A stretch of DNA of 64,000 nucleotides from Nitrosopumilus sp. (GCA_965224195.1 OZ245040.1:1184001-1248000); one strand, 5' to 3'. Numbered from the stretch's first letter, positions 10,666 to 21,492 are shown. Made by a program: numbers and translations. The notes: generated by a model from the sequence alone, not told the origin.

Positions 10666-12504
10666 TTAGCTTAGTTTAGGTACGAAAATGTAGATGATTG
10701 CAATTATCTCCAATCTGCCAAATATCATCAAGAACCCTAGCACAATCTTTGTTGCAGGATCTGTTTCTAAATCAATTACTCCTGCAGATAGTCCTCCAGT
10801 AGTAATTACTCCTACTGATTCAAAGAATGCATCTTGGAATGGAACATCTTCAATTGCTGAAAGATGCAGTCCTGAAATTATTGAAATTGTAGGGAATAAT
10901 GCTAAAATGATTAGTGTTGAAATAACTTCTTTTTTTGATTGAGTTGGAAGTTCTGCACGTTTTACTTTAGATAGTAATGCTTTGACATCTTTTAGATGGA
11001 ATAACCTAAATATTTTCAAGCCTCCTGCTGTTGAAAATCCGCAACCTCCTATGACCATCAAAATTATCAGAATGGCGTGTGCCCCCCCACTTAATCCTGC
11101 AAGACTTTCCATTTGTAATCCTGCAGTGGTACTAGCTGATACAGAATAAAATGCACTTTGTATTGGATCTAATCCACTAATTCCAACAAACAAAATAATT
11201 GCACTCCCTAAAATTGCAAAATATGCCAAAACTTCTTTTCCAAGTTTTGGTGAAAGGAATTTTTTTCTTACAAATGCATAGTGGAATGTAAATGGTAATG
11301 CACCTAGTATCATTGCACCCATTAAGACTATTTGTTCTTGCCATACCAAATTATCTAATATAGTGGATGTCGGTGTAAATCCTCCTGTTGACAAAGTACT
11401 CATCGCCAGTGAGAAATTATCTAACATTGATAATGAGGCAATGTCTAGTATGCTGTCTTCTCCAAATATGTGCAGTAAGAATGCTACAATTACAATGTAA
11501 ATTGCAAAGATGACTGTGATGGTTAAGAATAATTCTTTCATGTGTAACGTTCTACCTGAAATAAAACCACGCATTGATTGTAATTTTGACTCTGGATAGA
11601 ATGCAGTAATTACCAGATAGATGAAACTCATTCCTCCTACTAGCTGAGTATAACTTCGGAAAAATGTAAAACTATGAGTAAGTTCTTCTGGTTCATCAAA
11701 TAGTGATATTCCTCCTGTTGTAAATCCTGCAGCACTAGAGAAAAATGCATTACTAAATGCCTCTATACTAGTTTCATCACTTGGAAGTACGTATAGATAC
11801 GGCACCGTTCCAAACAGTGATAGTAAAAACAGGCTCGAAAACACTAGAATTGATGCTTGTTGAAGGTTAAGGCTTGATTTTTCACCATATGAATTTAGGA
11901 AAAATCCTGTAACTAACAAAAGCACTGTTGTCAGGTAAATTCCTGTAGCAGTTGTAGTGTCCTCAAGAACTGTGGCAACTATGGCGGGAACTAAAAGTAA
12001 AACGCCTGCAAATTGTAACACAAAACCTAGATTACCTAAAATTGCTTTTACTGGTGGACTAAGTAAACGAGGTGCAGTTGCAGTTGCATCTCTGATCACA
12101 TTTGCAATGACTGTTTGAAAAATCATCCCAATCACTTGATTTTTTTTTGATATGACTGGTAATTTTCTAATATTGTTATCTTTCATTTTGTGTAATGCAT
12201 CTTGTAATGTTGATTTTTCATTAATTGTAATTAGAGGTGTACTCATGACATCTTTCAATGTTGTAGCTTCTGCGTAAACTGTAACATCACTAACTTTACT
12301 TAAAATATCTTCATCTGTAACAATTCCGACAGGAAGATTGTCTTTGTCTGTAACAATAATGTCATCTGTTTCGTAGTGACGTAACATTCTGGCAGCTTCT
12401 CTGGTTTGTGTATCTAGTCCAAGAATCAACACATCTTTGTCCATGTAATTTGTAACATACTTGCTAAGAACGTATGATACTGCACGTTCTGGATTAGTTG
12501 ACAT
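10666..12504 (-). CDS. trkH: CBS-domain plus TrkH-type potassium transporter
   Basis: N-terminal CBS pair (VGIVTDEDIL, IRKLPV); four TTGG/TTAG pore motifs; GGCGFSTAGGLKI and FGRLE. Confidence 0.9.
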   Translation of the reverse strand: MSTNPERAVSYVLSKYVTNYMDKDVLILGLDTQTREAARMLRHYETDDIIVTDKDNLPVGIVTDEDILSKVSDVTVYAEATTLKDVMSTPLITINEKSTLQDALHKMKDNNIRKLPVISKKNQVIGMIFQTVIANVIRDATATAPRLLSPPVKAILGNLGFVLQFAGVLLLVPAIVATVLEDTTTATGIYLTTVLLLVTGFFLNSYGEKSSLNLQQASILVFSSLFLLSLFGTVPYLYVLPSDETSIEAFSNAFFSSAAGFTTGGISLFDEPEELTHSFTFFRSYTQLVGGMSFIYLVITAFYPESKLQSMRGFISGRTLHMKELFLTITVIFAIYIVIVAFLLHIFGEDSILDIASLSMLDNFSLAMSTLSTGGFTPTSTILDNLVWQEQIVLMGAMILGALPFTFHYAFVRKKFLSPKLGKEVLAYFAILGSAIILFVGISGLDPIQSAFYSVSASTTAGLQMESLAGLSGGAHAILIILMVIGGCGFSTAGGLKIFRLFHLKDVKALLSKVKRAELPTQSKKEVISTLIILALFPTISIISGLHLSAIEDVPFQDAFFESVGVITTGGLSAGVIDLETDPATKIVLGFLMIFGRLEIIAIIYIFVPKLS

Positions 12505-12635
12505 TAAGCTACCTTAGTTGGGGATTTTAAATAATTTGGGGTTACGCGTGAGAAGTGATCGTTGAAAAATAATTTACCTATTCATGATTTTGATCTTAAA
12601 TTTTGCTATCTTTATAAGCACTGAACAGGAAGTTT

Positions 12636-13076
12636 ATGTGTAATACAATGGAAATTGATCAAGCACAAGAGCCTGATTATGACTCTGTAAAAATTGATTA
12701 TGTTGGATTTGTAGACCCATATGCAGTTGAAGGTATGGTTGTTCTAAAATCTGATAATGGTAAAGAATTCCATATGAGGGCATTTTCTGGCGAAGTTGCA
12801 AAACACATCTCAAGTTTTGGAGAAACTGAAGGTGAGACTGCACCATCAATTTACAAGATGATTGAAGAAATTTGTGAACAAAATGAATTAGTTCTAGTTA
12901 AAGTCAAAATTTATGAAAGCGGTAATGTGCTACGCGCAAATCTATATTTTACAGGTAAGAAAGACCTTGTATTGAGAAATTATCGTGCGTCAGATGCTAT
13001 GGCATTGGGTGCATTTTATAATATTCCAATTCTAGTTAGGAAAAATCTCCTAAAAGAAAGCATGGAAGCTGAATAA
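12636..13076 (+). CDS. Bifunctional nuclease (DUF151) family protein
   Basis: RASDAMALG...PILV motif. Confidence 0.75.
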   Translation: MCNTMEIDQAQEPDYDSVKIDYVGFVDPYAVEGMVVLKSDNGKEFHMRAFSGEVAKHISSFGETEGETAPSIYKMIEEICEQNELVLVKVKIYESGNVLRANLYFTGKKDLVLRNYRASDAMALGAFYNIPILVRKNLLKESMEAE

Positions 13077-13084
13077 CATTACTT

Positions 13085-13345
13085 TTGATTAGAATAGTTT
13101 TTCTTCTAGTGTATAATTGTGATATTATGAATGAACAAGAACAGATAATGGATAATTTACTTAATGTTGATCTTGAAATTATTGATGTGGTTCGAGAACT
13201 ACACCAGGGACATTGGGATTCAGAATCAATGAAACAACAAGTTGGAGATTTACTAAAAATTAGGGATGAAATGGTCCAACAACTAATGTCTCTAAAAGGC
13301 GATGATAATTCTTGTGATTGTGGTCATGATCATGCACATGAATAA
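13085..13345 (+). CDS. Small protein with His/Cys-rich tail (likely start at MNEQEQ)
   Basis: C-terminal SCDCGHDHAHE. Confidence 0.55.
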   Translation: MIRIVFLLVYNCDIMNEQEQIMDNLLNVDLEIIDVVRELHQGHWDSESMKQQVGDLLKIRDEMVQQLMSLKGDDNSCDCGHDHAHE

Positions 13346-13552
13346 TTAACTTAATTCTTCAAAGAAATTATCTGGAAATTTTTTCTTAATCTTTACTATT
13401 TCAAGTTCATATGTTTGAATCTTTAATTCAATTTCTTTCCTTTCTTCATCTTTGAGATTCTCTTTGTCTTTTTTCAGTTTGTTGATTTGATTAGTCAATG
13501 TTTTGTACATTATTGAAAATTCTGGAAAATTCTCAGGAAGCTCCTCACCCAT
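13346..13552 (-). CDS. Small coiled-coil hypothetical protein
   Basis: 68-aa ORF. Confidence 0.5.
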   Translation of the reverse strand: MGEELPENFPEFSIMYKTLTNQINKLKKDKENLKDEERKEIELKIQTYELEIVKIKKKFPDNFFEELS

Positions 13553-13588
13553 TAGCTAGATTAAATACACATCCCCCTAATACTGGTT

Positions 13589-13981
13589 ATGAAAATTTTA
13601 TTTTTCTTTTTATTTTTCATTGTGTCTGGAATGAGCGTAGCATTTGCTGATCCAATAACTGCGCAAACTTCATCTGAAGATAAAATTCATTTTGTTGATG
13701 AACAAATTATGATAATGGCTGATATTTCAAATAGTCAAGACACACAACAAAATTTTGCATATATCACACAAGTACGAGATAATGAGGATATTGTGATTTC
13801 ATTATCTTGGCTAACTGGTTCATTATCTCCTAGACAGTCGTTTTCCCCTGCACAATCTTGGATACCTACTGAACCTGGAACATATCATATCCAGGTATAT
13901 GTTTGGGAAAGCATTGACAATCCTTCAGCTTTGTCTCCTCCGCTATTCATGACAGTAAATGTCAGTGAACGTCAAATTTAA
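13589..13981 (+). CDS. Secreted Ig-like thaumarchaeal protein
   Basis: Signal peptide; SLSWLTGSL...SWIPTEPGTYHIQVYVWESIDNPSALS motif. Confidence 0.7.
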   Translation: MKILFFFLFFIVSGMSVAFADPITAQTSSEDKIHFVDEQIMIMADISNSQDTQQNFAYITQVRDNEDIVISLSWLTGSLSPRQSFSPAQSWIPTEPGTYHIQVYVWESIDNPSALSPPLFMTVNVSERQI

Positions 13982-14140
13982 TTAAATAAAAAACGCTTCA
14001 TAATTCGGCAATCCACATCATCTATCAGTTATAGCTTAGAAGGTTGATTAATCATCAGCATTTTTCCTCATATTATCTAGAATATATTGTCATTCAATCT
14101 AGAAATCAGAAGCTTTTTCACATGATGGAATTTCATTATA

Positions 14141-14518
14141 GTGATGGTAAATCTTGAAAAAACCTATCAAAGTGTAGCAGAACATATTATTCAAAGATGT
14201 CACGGGGCAATCAAAATTACTAAACATGGAAAAATAATTGAAGTTTATGACACTAGACGACATATTTGGAGTGATGGGTTGGCAGGTCTTATAATTAAAG
14301 AAGAATCAAAAAATGCAAATTTACGTGAATGGGAAGTTGCAAGATGCATTAGACCTCGTATAATTTCTATGCTTCTTGAAGACAAGAAAGGGTTACTATC
14401 AACACGATTAGCTCCTGACAGTGCAGAAAATCAAACTAGAAAAAGATTATCCAATAAAAAATTCACTGGTAAAAAACCAACCACAAAGAAACCAATTAAA
14501 AGAAAATCTAATCAATAA
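14141..14518 (+). CDS. Hypothetical protein with basic tail
   Basis: 125-aa ORF. Confidence 0.55.
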   Translation: MMVNLEKTYQSVAEHIIQRCHGAIKITKHGKIIEVYDTRRHIWSDGLAGLIIKEESKNANLREWEVARCIRPRIISMLLEDKKGLLSTRLAPDSAENQTRKRLSNKKFTGKKPTTKKPIKRKSNQ

Positions 14519-14772
14519 CCACCTTTTCTGATCAAATGCGGCTCTTTTAACATAATTGTGTCGTCTTTGATAGATGACAAATCTACTTGTTTGAGATTGT
14601 GATTTGTAATAACAATTAATGCCTCACATCTAGAACATAGTATTGTCTTTCCATTTGAACGCTCTTCTCTGATAAGGTCTTTTTCTAATCTATCTTCTTT
14701 TTGACATGTGGGGCATAGTCTGGGCTCTTTTAGAATTGTTATTATTTCCTTGATGAAAATGGTTCTATCCAT
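14512..14772 (-). CDS. Zn-ribbon protein
   Basis: CPTC and CSRC. Confidence 0.6.
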   Translation of the reverse strand: MDRTIFIKEIITILKEPRLCPTCQKEDRLEKDLIREERSNGKTILCSRCEALIVITNHNLKQVDLSSIKDDTIMLKEPHLIRKGGY

Positions 14773-15199
14773 ATTGTTGATTTTGAAATACCCCTAAAGA
14801 GTTGTATTGTTAATTGGTATCAGCATTCCATTTTGAATGTCAAACCGCTTTAATCATTCAAAATTAGAACGATTGGTATTCAGTATATTCCCAATCTAAC
14901 CAATTAACATTATTTTGTGAAGTATCTTGAAAATATATTTTTGTAAATTAGATTATTTTTCGTAGCAAGCCATTTGCTGTTTTAGAATAACTATGTGTGG
15001 ATTTTTTTGTTAATATCCTGAGTCTTTTTCTACTAGTGATAATTTTTTATATCTTTGAATGCCTGAATATTTTTATGAAAACTATATTATAATTTATAAA
15101 AATCACTTGTATTTTATGTAATTATTCATACTAAATATTAAATAGTTATTTGTCTTATCCAATATGATGTTGTTAGTTATAAAATCTGGCGATTAGATT

Positions 15200-15300
15200 G
15201 CGCTACCCCGCAGAACGAAAAAGGCAATCAGGCGTTTAGACGTTTGACCACGAGAGGAAATCTCTCAGAGTTCTGCAGTTAGGGGTTTGCGCCTTTTTGT
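15200..15300 (+). ncRNA. Putative structured non-coding RNA
   Basis: GC-rich island in an AT-rich gap. Closing stem GCGCTACCCCGCAGAAC (15200-15216) pairs with GTTCTGC..GGGG..GCGC (15270-15292). Inner hairpins TCAGGCG/CGTTTGA and GAGAG/CTCTC. TTATAAAA at 15177-15184; T-tract downstream. Confidence 0.6.
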
Positions 15301-15311
15301 TTTCTTTAGAA

Positions 15312-15497
15312 TCATTTAGCTTTTCTAGATCTTGGCTTTGTTCTCAAAACTGCCTTACAGCAAACACACCTGATATCTTCTGATGAGAAAAAAATACCAC
15401 AATATGTGCATCTTTTTTGTCCAATTTCATATCTGATTTTGTTTGAAACTGGCTTTGCTTTATGCATCTCACAAATACCTCTACATGTTCTACCCAT
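15312..15497 (-). CDS. Small thaumarchaeal Cys-rich (Zn-finger) protein
   Basis: CRGIC...RYEIGQKRCTYC...CVCC...LRTKPR. Confidence 0.7.
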   Translation of the reverse strand: MGRTCRGICEMHKAKPVSNKIRYEIGQKRCTYCGIFFSSEDIRCVCCKAVLRTKPRSRKAK

Positions 15498-15601
15498 CTT
15501 TTTTCACTTGAGTTCATTTGGGTCTCATGGTATTTGAATAAAACACCATTTTCTTACTAGTGGTAATTTTTAGATTGATTTGATGATTTTGAGTATTTTA
15601 C

Positions 15602-16693
15602 TCAAGTAACAATTTCATCTAAACGGTCTTCTTCTTGTGCTCGTTTAATTTCCATGGCGATTCTTCTACCCACACCGAATGTTTGACCATGTTGATATTT
15701 TGTATATGGGCTAGTTGTTGCAACAATTGGATTTCCTGGAACTCTTAATGATACATCATATACGATTAATTCTAGATCTTTTGTAATTACACTTTGTAAT
15801 GAAAATGGACCAATGATTCCTGGGGCATATTCTTTCTTTACTGCTGCCACAAATTTGTCTCCCATTTTGAGTACTTTTTCAAGTAATGATTCTCTGATAC
15901 TTGCAGGTGTGTGTCCTACTTCGATATTTTGTAAATCAATATCCATTTCTAATTGCTCTTTTGCTGGAAGTGCATTGTAATCATGAATGTTAGTTTGTAA
16001 TCTTCGCTCAATTCCGATAAAGTCAACTTGATTTGAAATTGGAGTATGGAAGAAATTAAAATTCATGTATGTTCCTATTGCCAATTCTTCAATACTTGCT
16101 TTTTCAAGATCCTTTCTAGCAATCACTCCTTGCTTGATTTTTTCTTCAGATTTTGTTACATAGTCTTTGTAGGATGATACGTTAAAAAACGCTCTTTCCA
16201 GGGGTCTCTTTTTTTCTTGAACTTTGACAATGCATGGCTTGTTAATTCGTTTAGGATCTTTGAATAATTTCGGGTATTTTATTCTGGCTTTTTCTAAAAG
16301 ATAGTATTGTCCTTTTTTAGCAGTTCTTTCTTCTGCTTGGAATAATTTTCTATTTCCAAATATTGGAACTTTAAATGAATTCTCAATTATTTTGTATCCC
16401 AAGTATACTGTAAGTGATCTGTGAGGAACAATGATTGTACTAGAATCTCGTAACTCTTTTTGATATTTAGCAGATGCCATATCTTTGAATTTATCTAAAA
16501 CTGTAATCTCATCTGCAATACGTCCAAATCTTTGATAAGGTCCTTCTCGTCCTTTTTGACAAAAGACTCTAGTTTGAAAATCTTCATCTTTAGCACCATC
16601 CATTATTTCAAGTGCTGAGTGACTTCCAAGAACGCCAATTTTGACATCAGAATAATCGTTGACTATTTTCTTTATCTCAGAACTTTTAATCAC
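15602..16693 (-). CDS. purP: Formate-dependent AICAR formyltransferase (PurP family, ATP-grasp)
   Basis: IGVLGSHSALEIMDGAKDE, GHTPASIRESLL, IGPFSLQ, GRRIAMEIK motifs. Confidence 0.9.
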   Translation of the reverse strand: MIKSSEIKKIVNDYSDVKIGVLGSHSALEIMDGAKDEDFQTRVFCQKGREGPYQRFGRIADEITVLDKFKDMASAKYQKELRDSSTIIVPHRSLTVYLGYKIIENSFKVPIFGNRKLFQAEERTAKKGQYYLLEKARIKYPKLFKDPKRINKPCIVKVQEKKRPLERAFFNVSSYKDYVTKSEEKIKQGVIARKDLEKASIEELAIGTYMNFNFFHTPISNQVDFIGIERRLQTNIHDYNALPAKEQLEMDIDLQNIEVGHTPASIRESLLEKVLKMGDKFVAAVKKEYAPGIIGPFSLQSVITKDLELIVYDVSLRVPGNPIVATTSPYTKYQHGQTFGVGRRIAMEIKRAQEEDRLDEIVT

Positions 16694-16935
16694 ATTGTGC
16701 CTGCATATTGGTATCTAATATATCTAATTTTTGATTAACTAGATCGGTTTAATTAAATAGATTTTTTCCCAGTTAGTATTTGATTCAAATCATGTTGTAT
16801 TCTTTTGAACTCCAATTACTTGGAGCAATCCTTCTCCCTGTCATGCTTATTGCAGGTATAGTCATGTGGTATAAACGAAGAAAAACTGATCAAGAATTAT
16901 CTGATGTAGATTTATCAAAAAAAGAGGAATAAAAA

Positions 16936-17220
16936 ATGATCAATACAAAAGGAATATTCAAAACTGCTGTAATGCTTTTTGGTATTGTATTGGGGGCAGG
17001 TGCTGGAGAATTAGTTGAATACGTCATATGGACAGTTGGAGATTATGCAGGTCCATATTGTGCAGAACAAAATCTCCTTCCTGAATATCATGAAATATGT
17101 TTAAAAAATCTAGGAAATTATAATGAGTTCAAACCTTTCTTCCAATTAGTTGGTGTTATTGTGGGATTGATTGTGGGATTGATTGTGGCAGTTACAGGGG
17201 TAAATAGATTTTTTAAATAA
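16936..17220 (+). CDS. Small membrane protein
   Basis: Two hydrophobic segments; short GATTGTGG repeats near the 3' end. Confidence 0.55.
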   Translation: MINTKGIFKTAVMLFGIVLGAGAGELVEYVIWTVGDYAGPYCAEQNLLPEYHEICLKNLGNYNEFKPFFQLVGVIVGLIVGLIVAVTGVNRFFK

Positions 17221-17381
17221 AAAAAGTGAGGAAAATGGAATCCGAACAAGCTCAAATAATTATCCCTCTGGTGATAATTCTTGGTGTGGGCTCTGTTATT
17301 GGAACTCGACTTTGGTTGATGTTTAGAAAATAAAAAAGAAGATTCTCCACAGATGGGAAGTAACTCATTCCCTACTTGTAA

Positions 17382-17534
17382 TTAGAAATCTAAACTCTTA
17401 GTTTTCAATGCAAATGCTCCACATTTTGGGCATCGATGTTTTTTCAAATACTCTGCATGAGTTTGAGTATTCTTTTTAGAATACGTAATGTGTTCCCCAC
17501 AATCTTCACATACGCCTGGCAAATCCCCTTTCAT
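17382..17534 (-). CDS. 50-aa Zn-ribbon protein (below the ORF-track cutoff)
   Basis: Manual translation: MKGDLPGVCEDCGEHITYSKKNTQTHAEYLKKHRCPKCGAFALKTKSLDF. Confidence 0.5.
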   Translation of the reverse strand: MKGDLPGVCEDCGEHITYSKKNTQTHAEYLKKHRCPKCGAFALKTKSLDF

Positions 17535-18112
17535 AGTTTAATTGTGAAATACTAGTACAAATAAATCCATAATCGTAAAAAATAAAGAAAAAGATGTCTT
17601 GTGGTCGTTTAACCCTATGTTCTGTGCCCCCATTAGACTGAAAATCACAATCTTTTTCCATAGATGAACTAAGAAGATTTGTGGAAAAAGAACCTAGTGA
17701 GTATGAATGCGAACATTATGCTGATCATTGTTGGAAACTAGAGTACAACACAGGAGAAAAAGAAAATCCTGTCGGTGTTTTTTTCATATGTCAAAAACGC
17801 TCAGAAGGAGATCTTTTTGGTACAGAAAATAGGATAAGTTAAATCCAAATGACTAGAACCGCTCTTGCAAAGATAGACTACATCAAATCAAAGATTGCAA
17901 TACATGAATCTGAGATTACTGCTCTTCAAGGAATGATACAGAAATTGGAGAATGAAGAGTAAGTGCACATGATAAGGATCACATCGTTTTTTAGTGAATT
18001 ATACGCCTAGAATTGTACGGAGGTTCTTGAATTAAAAGTGAATTATGAAAACTAATGCAAAAAACTTGACTCGTTGCCAACTTGCACAAAACACTATACA
18101 TTGTGAGATTGA

Positions 18113-18673
18113 TTGTTGAAACTTGTAATTGGAATTACTGGCAGTACTGGCGCAATCTATGGGATACGAATGCTTGAAACTCTTAAAAAATTAAACATTG
18201 AAACGCATTTGGTAATTTCTGAATGGGGTGAAAAATGCATTTCCATGGAAACTGAATTTACTCCTGATTATGTAAAATCTCTTGCAACAAATATTTCTGA
18301 TGAAAAAAATATGGCCTCTAGTGTTTCTAGTGGCACTCATAGGATTGATGGGATGATTGTGGCACCATGTAGTATGAAAACATTATCTGCAATTGCAAAT
18401 GGTTATGATGATACTTTGGTAGCAAGAGCAGCTGGAGTAACAATTAAAGAATCTAGAAAATTAATTTTGATGGTTAGGGAGACTCCTCTTTCTGCAATTC
18501 ATTTAGAAAATATGTTAAAGCTTGCTAGATTGGGTATTGTGATTTTACCACCTGTAACTGAATTTTATACAAAACCAAAATCAATTGATGACATAGTAAA
18601 CCATGGTGTTGGAAAATGTTTGGATCAGTTTGATATAGAGCACAATTTATACCCTCGATGGGGTACTCTCTAA
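18113..18673 (+). CDS. ubiX: Flavin prenyltransferase UbiX
   Basis: VIGITGSTGAIYG, SSGT, VAPCSMKTLSAIANG, VRETPL. Confidence 0.95.
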   Translation: MLKLVIGITGSTGAIYGIRMLETLKKLNIETHLVISEWGEKCISMETEFTPDYVKSLATNISDEKNMASSVSSGTHRIDGMIVAPCSMKTLSAIANGYDDTLVARAAGVTIKESRKLILMVRETPLSAIHLENMLKLARLGIVILPPVTEFYTKPKSIDDIVNHGVGKCLDQFDIEHNLYPRWGTL

Positions 18674-18680
18674 AATACCA

Positions 18681-19109
18681 TTGCCTAAGTTTTCTTTAGA
18701 AAAAATTGTTAACAGTAATCGAAATGATGTTTTTGAAATTTTCTCTAATTTTGAAAATTATCAAAAAATAATTCCACAGCATTATCCTTCAATTCGAATT
18801 CGCTCTATGCGAGGAGATGTATCTGTGGTTGAAGAACATTTGATTTTGGGTGATGTTGAATTACTAATTATGGCAAAGCATATTTTACAAAAACCCATCT
18901 TTCATGAAATGATTGTAATTGGTGGTGATGCCAAGGGGAGTAGAATCAAGCAAGAATTTATAGAACTTGAAAATGGAACCAAAATCTTAGTGGATGTTGA
19001 TTTAAAATTTAAAGGAAAAATGAGGATTTCAGTCATGTTTGGAAAAAATAATTTTAAACAAGATTACGATGATGTATTAGATGATTTTGTAAAACTGGCT
19101 GAAAACTAG
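18681..19109 (+). CDS. SRPBCC/polyketide cyclase-like protein
   Basis: VFEIFSNFENYQKIIP N-terminal pattern; operon with ubiX. Confidence 0.7.
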   Translation: MPKFSLEKIVNSNRNDVFEIFSNFENYQKIIPQHYPSIRIRSMRGDVSVVEEHLILGDVELLIMAKHILQKPIFHEMIVIGGDAKGSRIKQEFIELENGTKILVDVDLKFKGKMRISVMFGKNNFKQDYDDVLDDFVKLAEN

Positions 19110-19309
19110 TCTGATTTTACTTCTTTATCCTTAGAACTATTGATTTCTTCCTTGAATTCTTTTAGATCTTTGTCTGCTTCAATTTTTCCTTTCTCAAATT
19201 CGCCTTTGGCTTTACCAAAAGTTTTTGCAAGTTCTGGAATCTTTTTTGCACCAAAAATCAATACTCCGATAACTACTACCAATACAATGATCTCGGTGGT
19301 TCCTAGCAT
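19106..19309 (-). CDS. tatA: Twin-arginine translocase TatA
   Basis: TM helix followed by LIFGAKKIPELAKTFGKAKGEF. Confidence 0.93.
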   Translation of the reverse strand: MLGTTEIIVLVVVIGVLIFGAKKIPELAKTFGKAKGEFEKGKIEADKDLKEFKEEINSSKDKEVKSD

Positions 19310-19335
19310 TTACAAAATATTTGCTTATTTCCGAT

Positions 19336-20127
19336 TTAAGTGTTAGACTTTTTTCGTTCTTTACGCTCAATTATGATCATGCCTGCTGCATACAGTCCAA
19401 TCATTGGGCCTGCAACAAACATCATTGTCACTCCTGTTCCATCTGGAGTAATTATTGCTCCAAAGATTACTATGATCACTATTGCATATCTGATATTTTT
19501 TCTCCAAAAATTAGCATCAACCATTCCTGATGCTGATACTGCATACATTACAAGAGGAAGTTGAAATGAAAAACCAAATGCTAACAAAAATTGTAATACA
19601 AATGTTACAAACTCCATTACAATAAGAAATGTAATTAATCCTGCACCTTCTCCATATCTGTACAAAAAATCTAACATGTATGGAATAACAAAATTATAAG
19701 AAAACACACATCCTGCAATAAATAACCCTAGTGCCGGCAATGATATACTTCTACTTACATTAATTTCATTTTCTTTTAATGCTGGCTTGATGAATCCTAC
19801 TAGTTCTTTTATGATCACTGGCATACCTACAACAATTCCAATAAGTGCTGCAACATACATTTGAGCAAAGAATGCTTGTCCTGGTGCAGTTTGAATTAAA
19901 TCTACATTTTCTGGAACCAACATAATTCTCATGTGATTTGTAATCTGTGCTGCAATATTGTGAGTTGGTTCAATGGTTGGATAATACAAAGTGAATTGAT
20001 TAATTTGAAATGGTTCTGCATGAAACATTAGCAAAAATACACTAATTCCACCAATAACGATTACAATTCTAACTAACCGTTTTCTTAATTCTTCAAGATG
20101 TTGATTAATGCCATCCAATTCAGACAT
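19336..20127 (-). CDS. tatC: Twin-arginine translocase TatC
   Basis: HLEELRKRL, FIKPAL, FQLP, AIITPD. Confidence 0.95.
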   Translation of the reverse strand: MSELDGINQHLEELRKRLVRIVIVIGGISVFLLMFHAEPFQINQFTLYYPTIEPTHNIAAQITNHMRIMLVPENVDLIQTAPGQAFFAQMYVAALIGIVVGMPVIIKELVGFIKPALKENEINVSRSISLPALGLFIAGCVFSYNFVIPYMLDFLYRYGEGAGLITFLIVMEFVTFVLQFLLAFGFSFQLPLVMYAVSASGMVDANFWRKNIRYAIVIIVIFGAIITPDGTGVTMMFVAGPMIGLYAAGMIIIERKERKKSNT

Positions 20128-20156
20128 TTGTTTTCTTTAATTCTAAAGTATAATAA

Positions 20157-20624
20157 TTATGTCGGGATTGGTAGTAATTTTGCTTCTGGAAGCCCTGCTT
20201 CTTTGAGTGCATCAGCGGTGATTCCTCCAAATTCTAATGATATGACTGCCTTTACATTGAATTTTGCCTCCATCTCTTTTGCCAAATTTGCAATGTCTGT
20301 TGCAGAATAGATTTCATCAGAACCTTTTAGGATAATTCTATCTCCTTTTTCCATCTCTTTACCTTTGTATTTTCCTTGAAGGAATTTAGTAATTTCAGGT
20401 AATTCTTTTCTATCAATGTTGTTGTAAAAATAACAGATTCCTTTGACTGATTCATAATCATATGCTGTTCCATTTCTATACATGAATAGACCAATAAAAT
20501 GAGCCTCATCTTCTGGTTCTCTGATACATTTGATTTCCCAGTTTAGCAAATTCTTTTCATCATATGCATAACCGCTTAATTCATCAGATGCGATTTTCCA
20601 ATATCTCATTCTACCTTTTGCCAT
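20157..20624 (-). CDS. Conserved hypothetical protein
   Basis: 155-aa ORF upstream of tatC. Confidence 0.65.
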   Translation of the reverse strand: MAKGRMRYWKIASDELSGYAYDEKNLLNWEIKCIREPEDEAHFIGLFMYRNGTAYDYESVKGICYFYNNIDRKELPEITKFLQGKYKGKEMEKGDRIILKGSDEIYSATDIANLAKEMEAKFNVKAVISLEFGGITADALKEAGLPEAKLLPIPT

Positions 20625-21229
20625 TATGAAATATTGTAAATTATTCTGATATAAATTGGTGTTTTTTGATACATTATTTGTAGAGATTTTCTACCTATCT
20701 ACGTAGCTAAACTTTGTAATTCCTTTGTACAACCTAAAATCATAGGATTTGTACCTATGTTATGTAAAATAACATACAGATGGTAGTGTACGAAAATCTT
20801 AATTCTAGAATAATGTCCGTAGTAAGTTTTGCAAAAATGGTAATAATTGGTTTTATCTTTTTGAGAGGCATCAAAGCAGTTCATTGGTTAATTTTTAAAC
20901 GAAATAAAAAAGAAAAATCATGATTATTCCATCATAGACTACCTTCAGAAAATATTTCATACACATCAAAATCCATATACATTACTCAAATGTTATAAAA
21001 AAATAATTTATGATCATTGAAAATTAAAATTATCTATCTGGTCTTTACAGAATCTATACGGAACATGTTAAGGAAAAAATGAATTCAAAGTAATCAGATC
21101 TGGGCTGGCGATATCTTAACAACACAAGTCCTCAAATCTGGGTTACCTGTTGTATATTTTAAAATAAGTATAAAAGCACAAAATTATTCGGAAGATAGAT
21201 TAACCTCGATTTTATTTTTCAATTTGTAA

Positions 21230-21490
21230 ATGGCAACTTTTCAAGTTCATGTAACTATAGAAAACAAACCTGGAATTAGTGATCCTGAGGGTGAAACTAT
21301 CCTTAATGATTTGGTTCTCAAAGGAACTCACAAAACAGTTTCAAAAATAAAAACAGCAAAGATGTTAAAATTTACAATTATAGAAAATGATAAAAATACT
21401 GCCCAGTCAAAAGTGCAAGAAATTTGTGATGATTTGAGAATTTACAATCCAATGGTAAGTGTTGTCACGATTGATGTTTTTGAAAGTTAA
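21230..21490 (+). CDS. purS: FGAM synthase subunit PurS
   Basis: KPGISDPEGETI...IYNPMV. Confidence 0.9.
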   Translation: MATFQVHVTIENKPGISDPEGETILNDLVLKGTHKTVSKIKTAKMLKFTIIENDKNTAQSKVQEICDDLRIYNPMVSVVTIDVFES

Positions 21491-21492
21491 TC

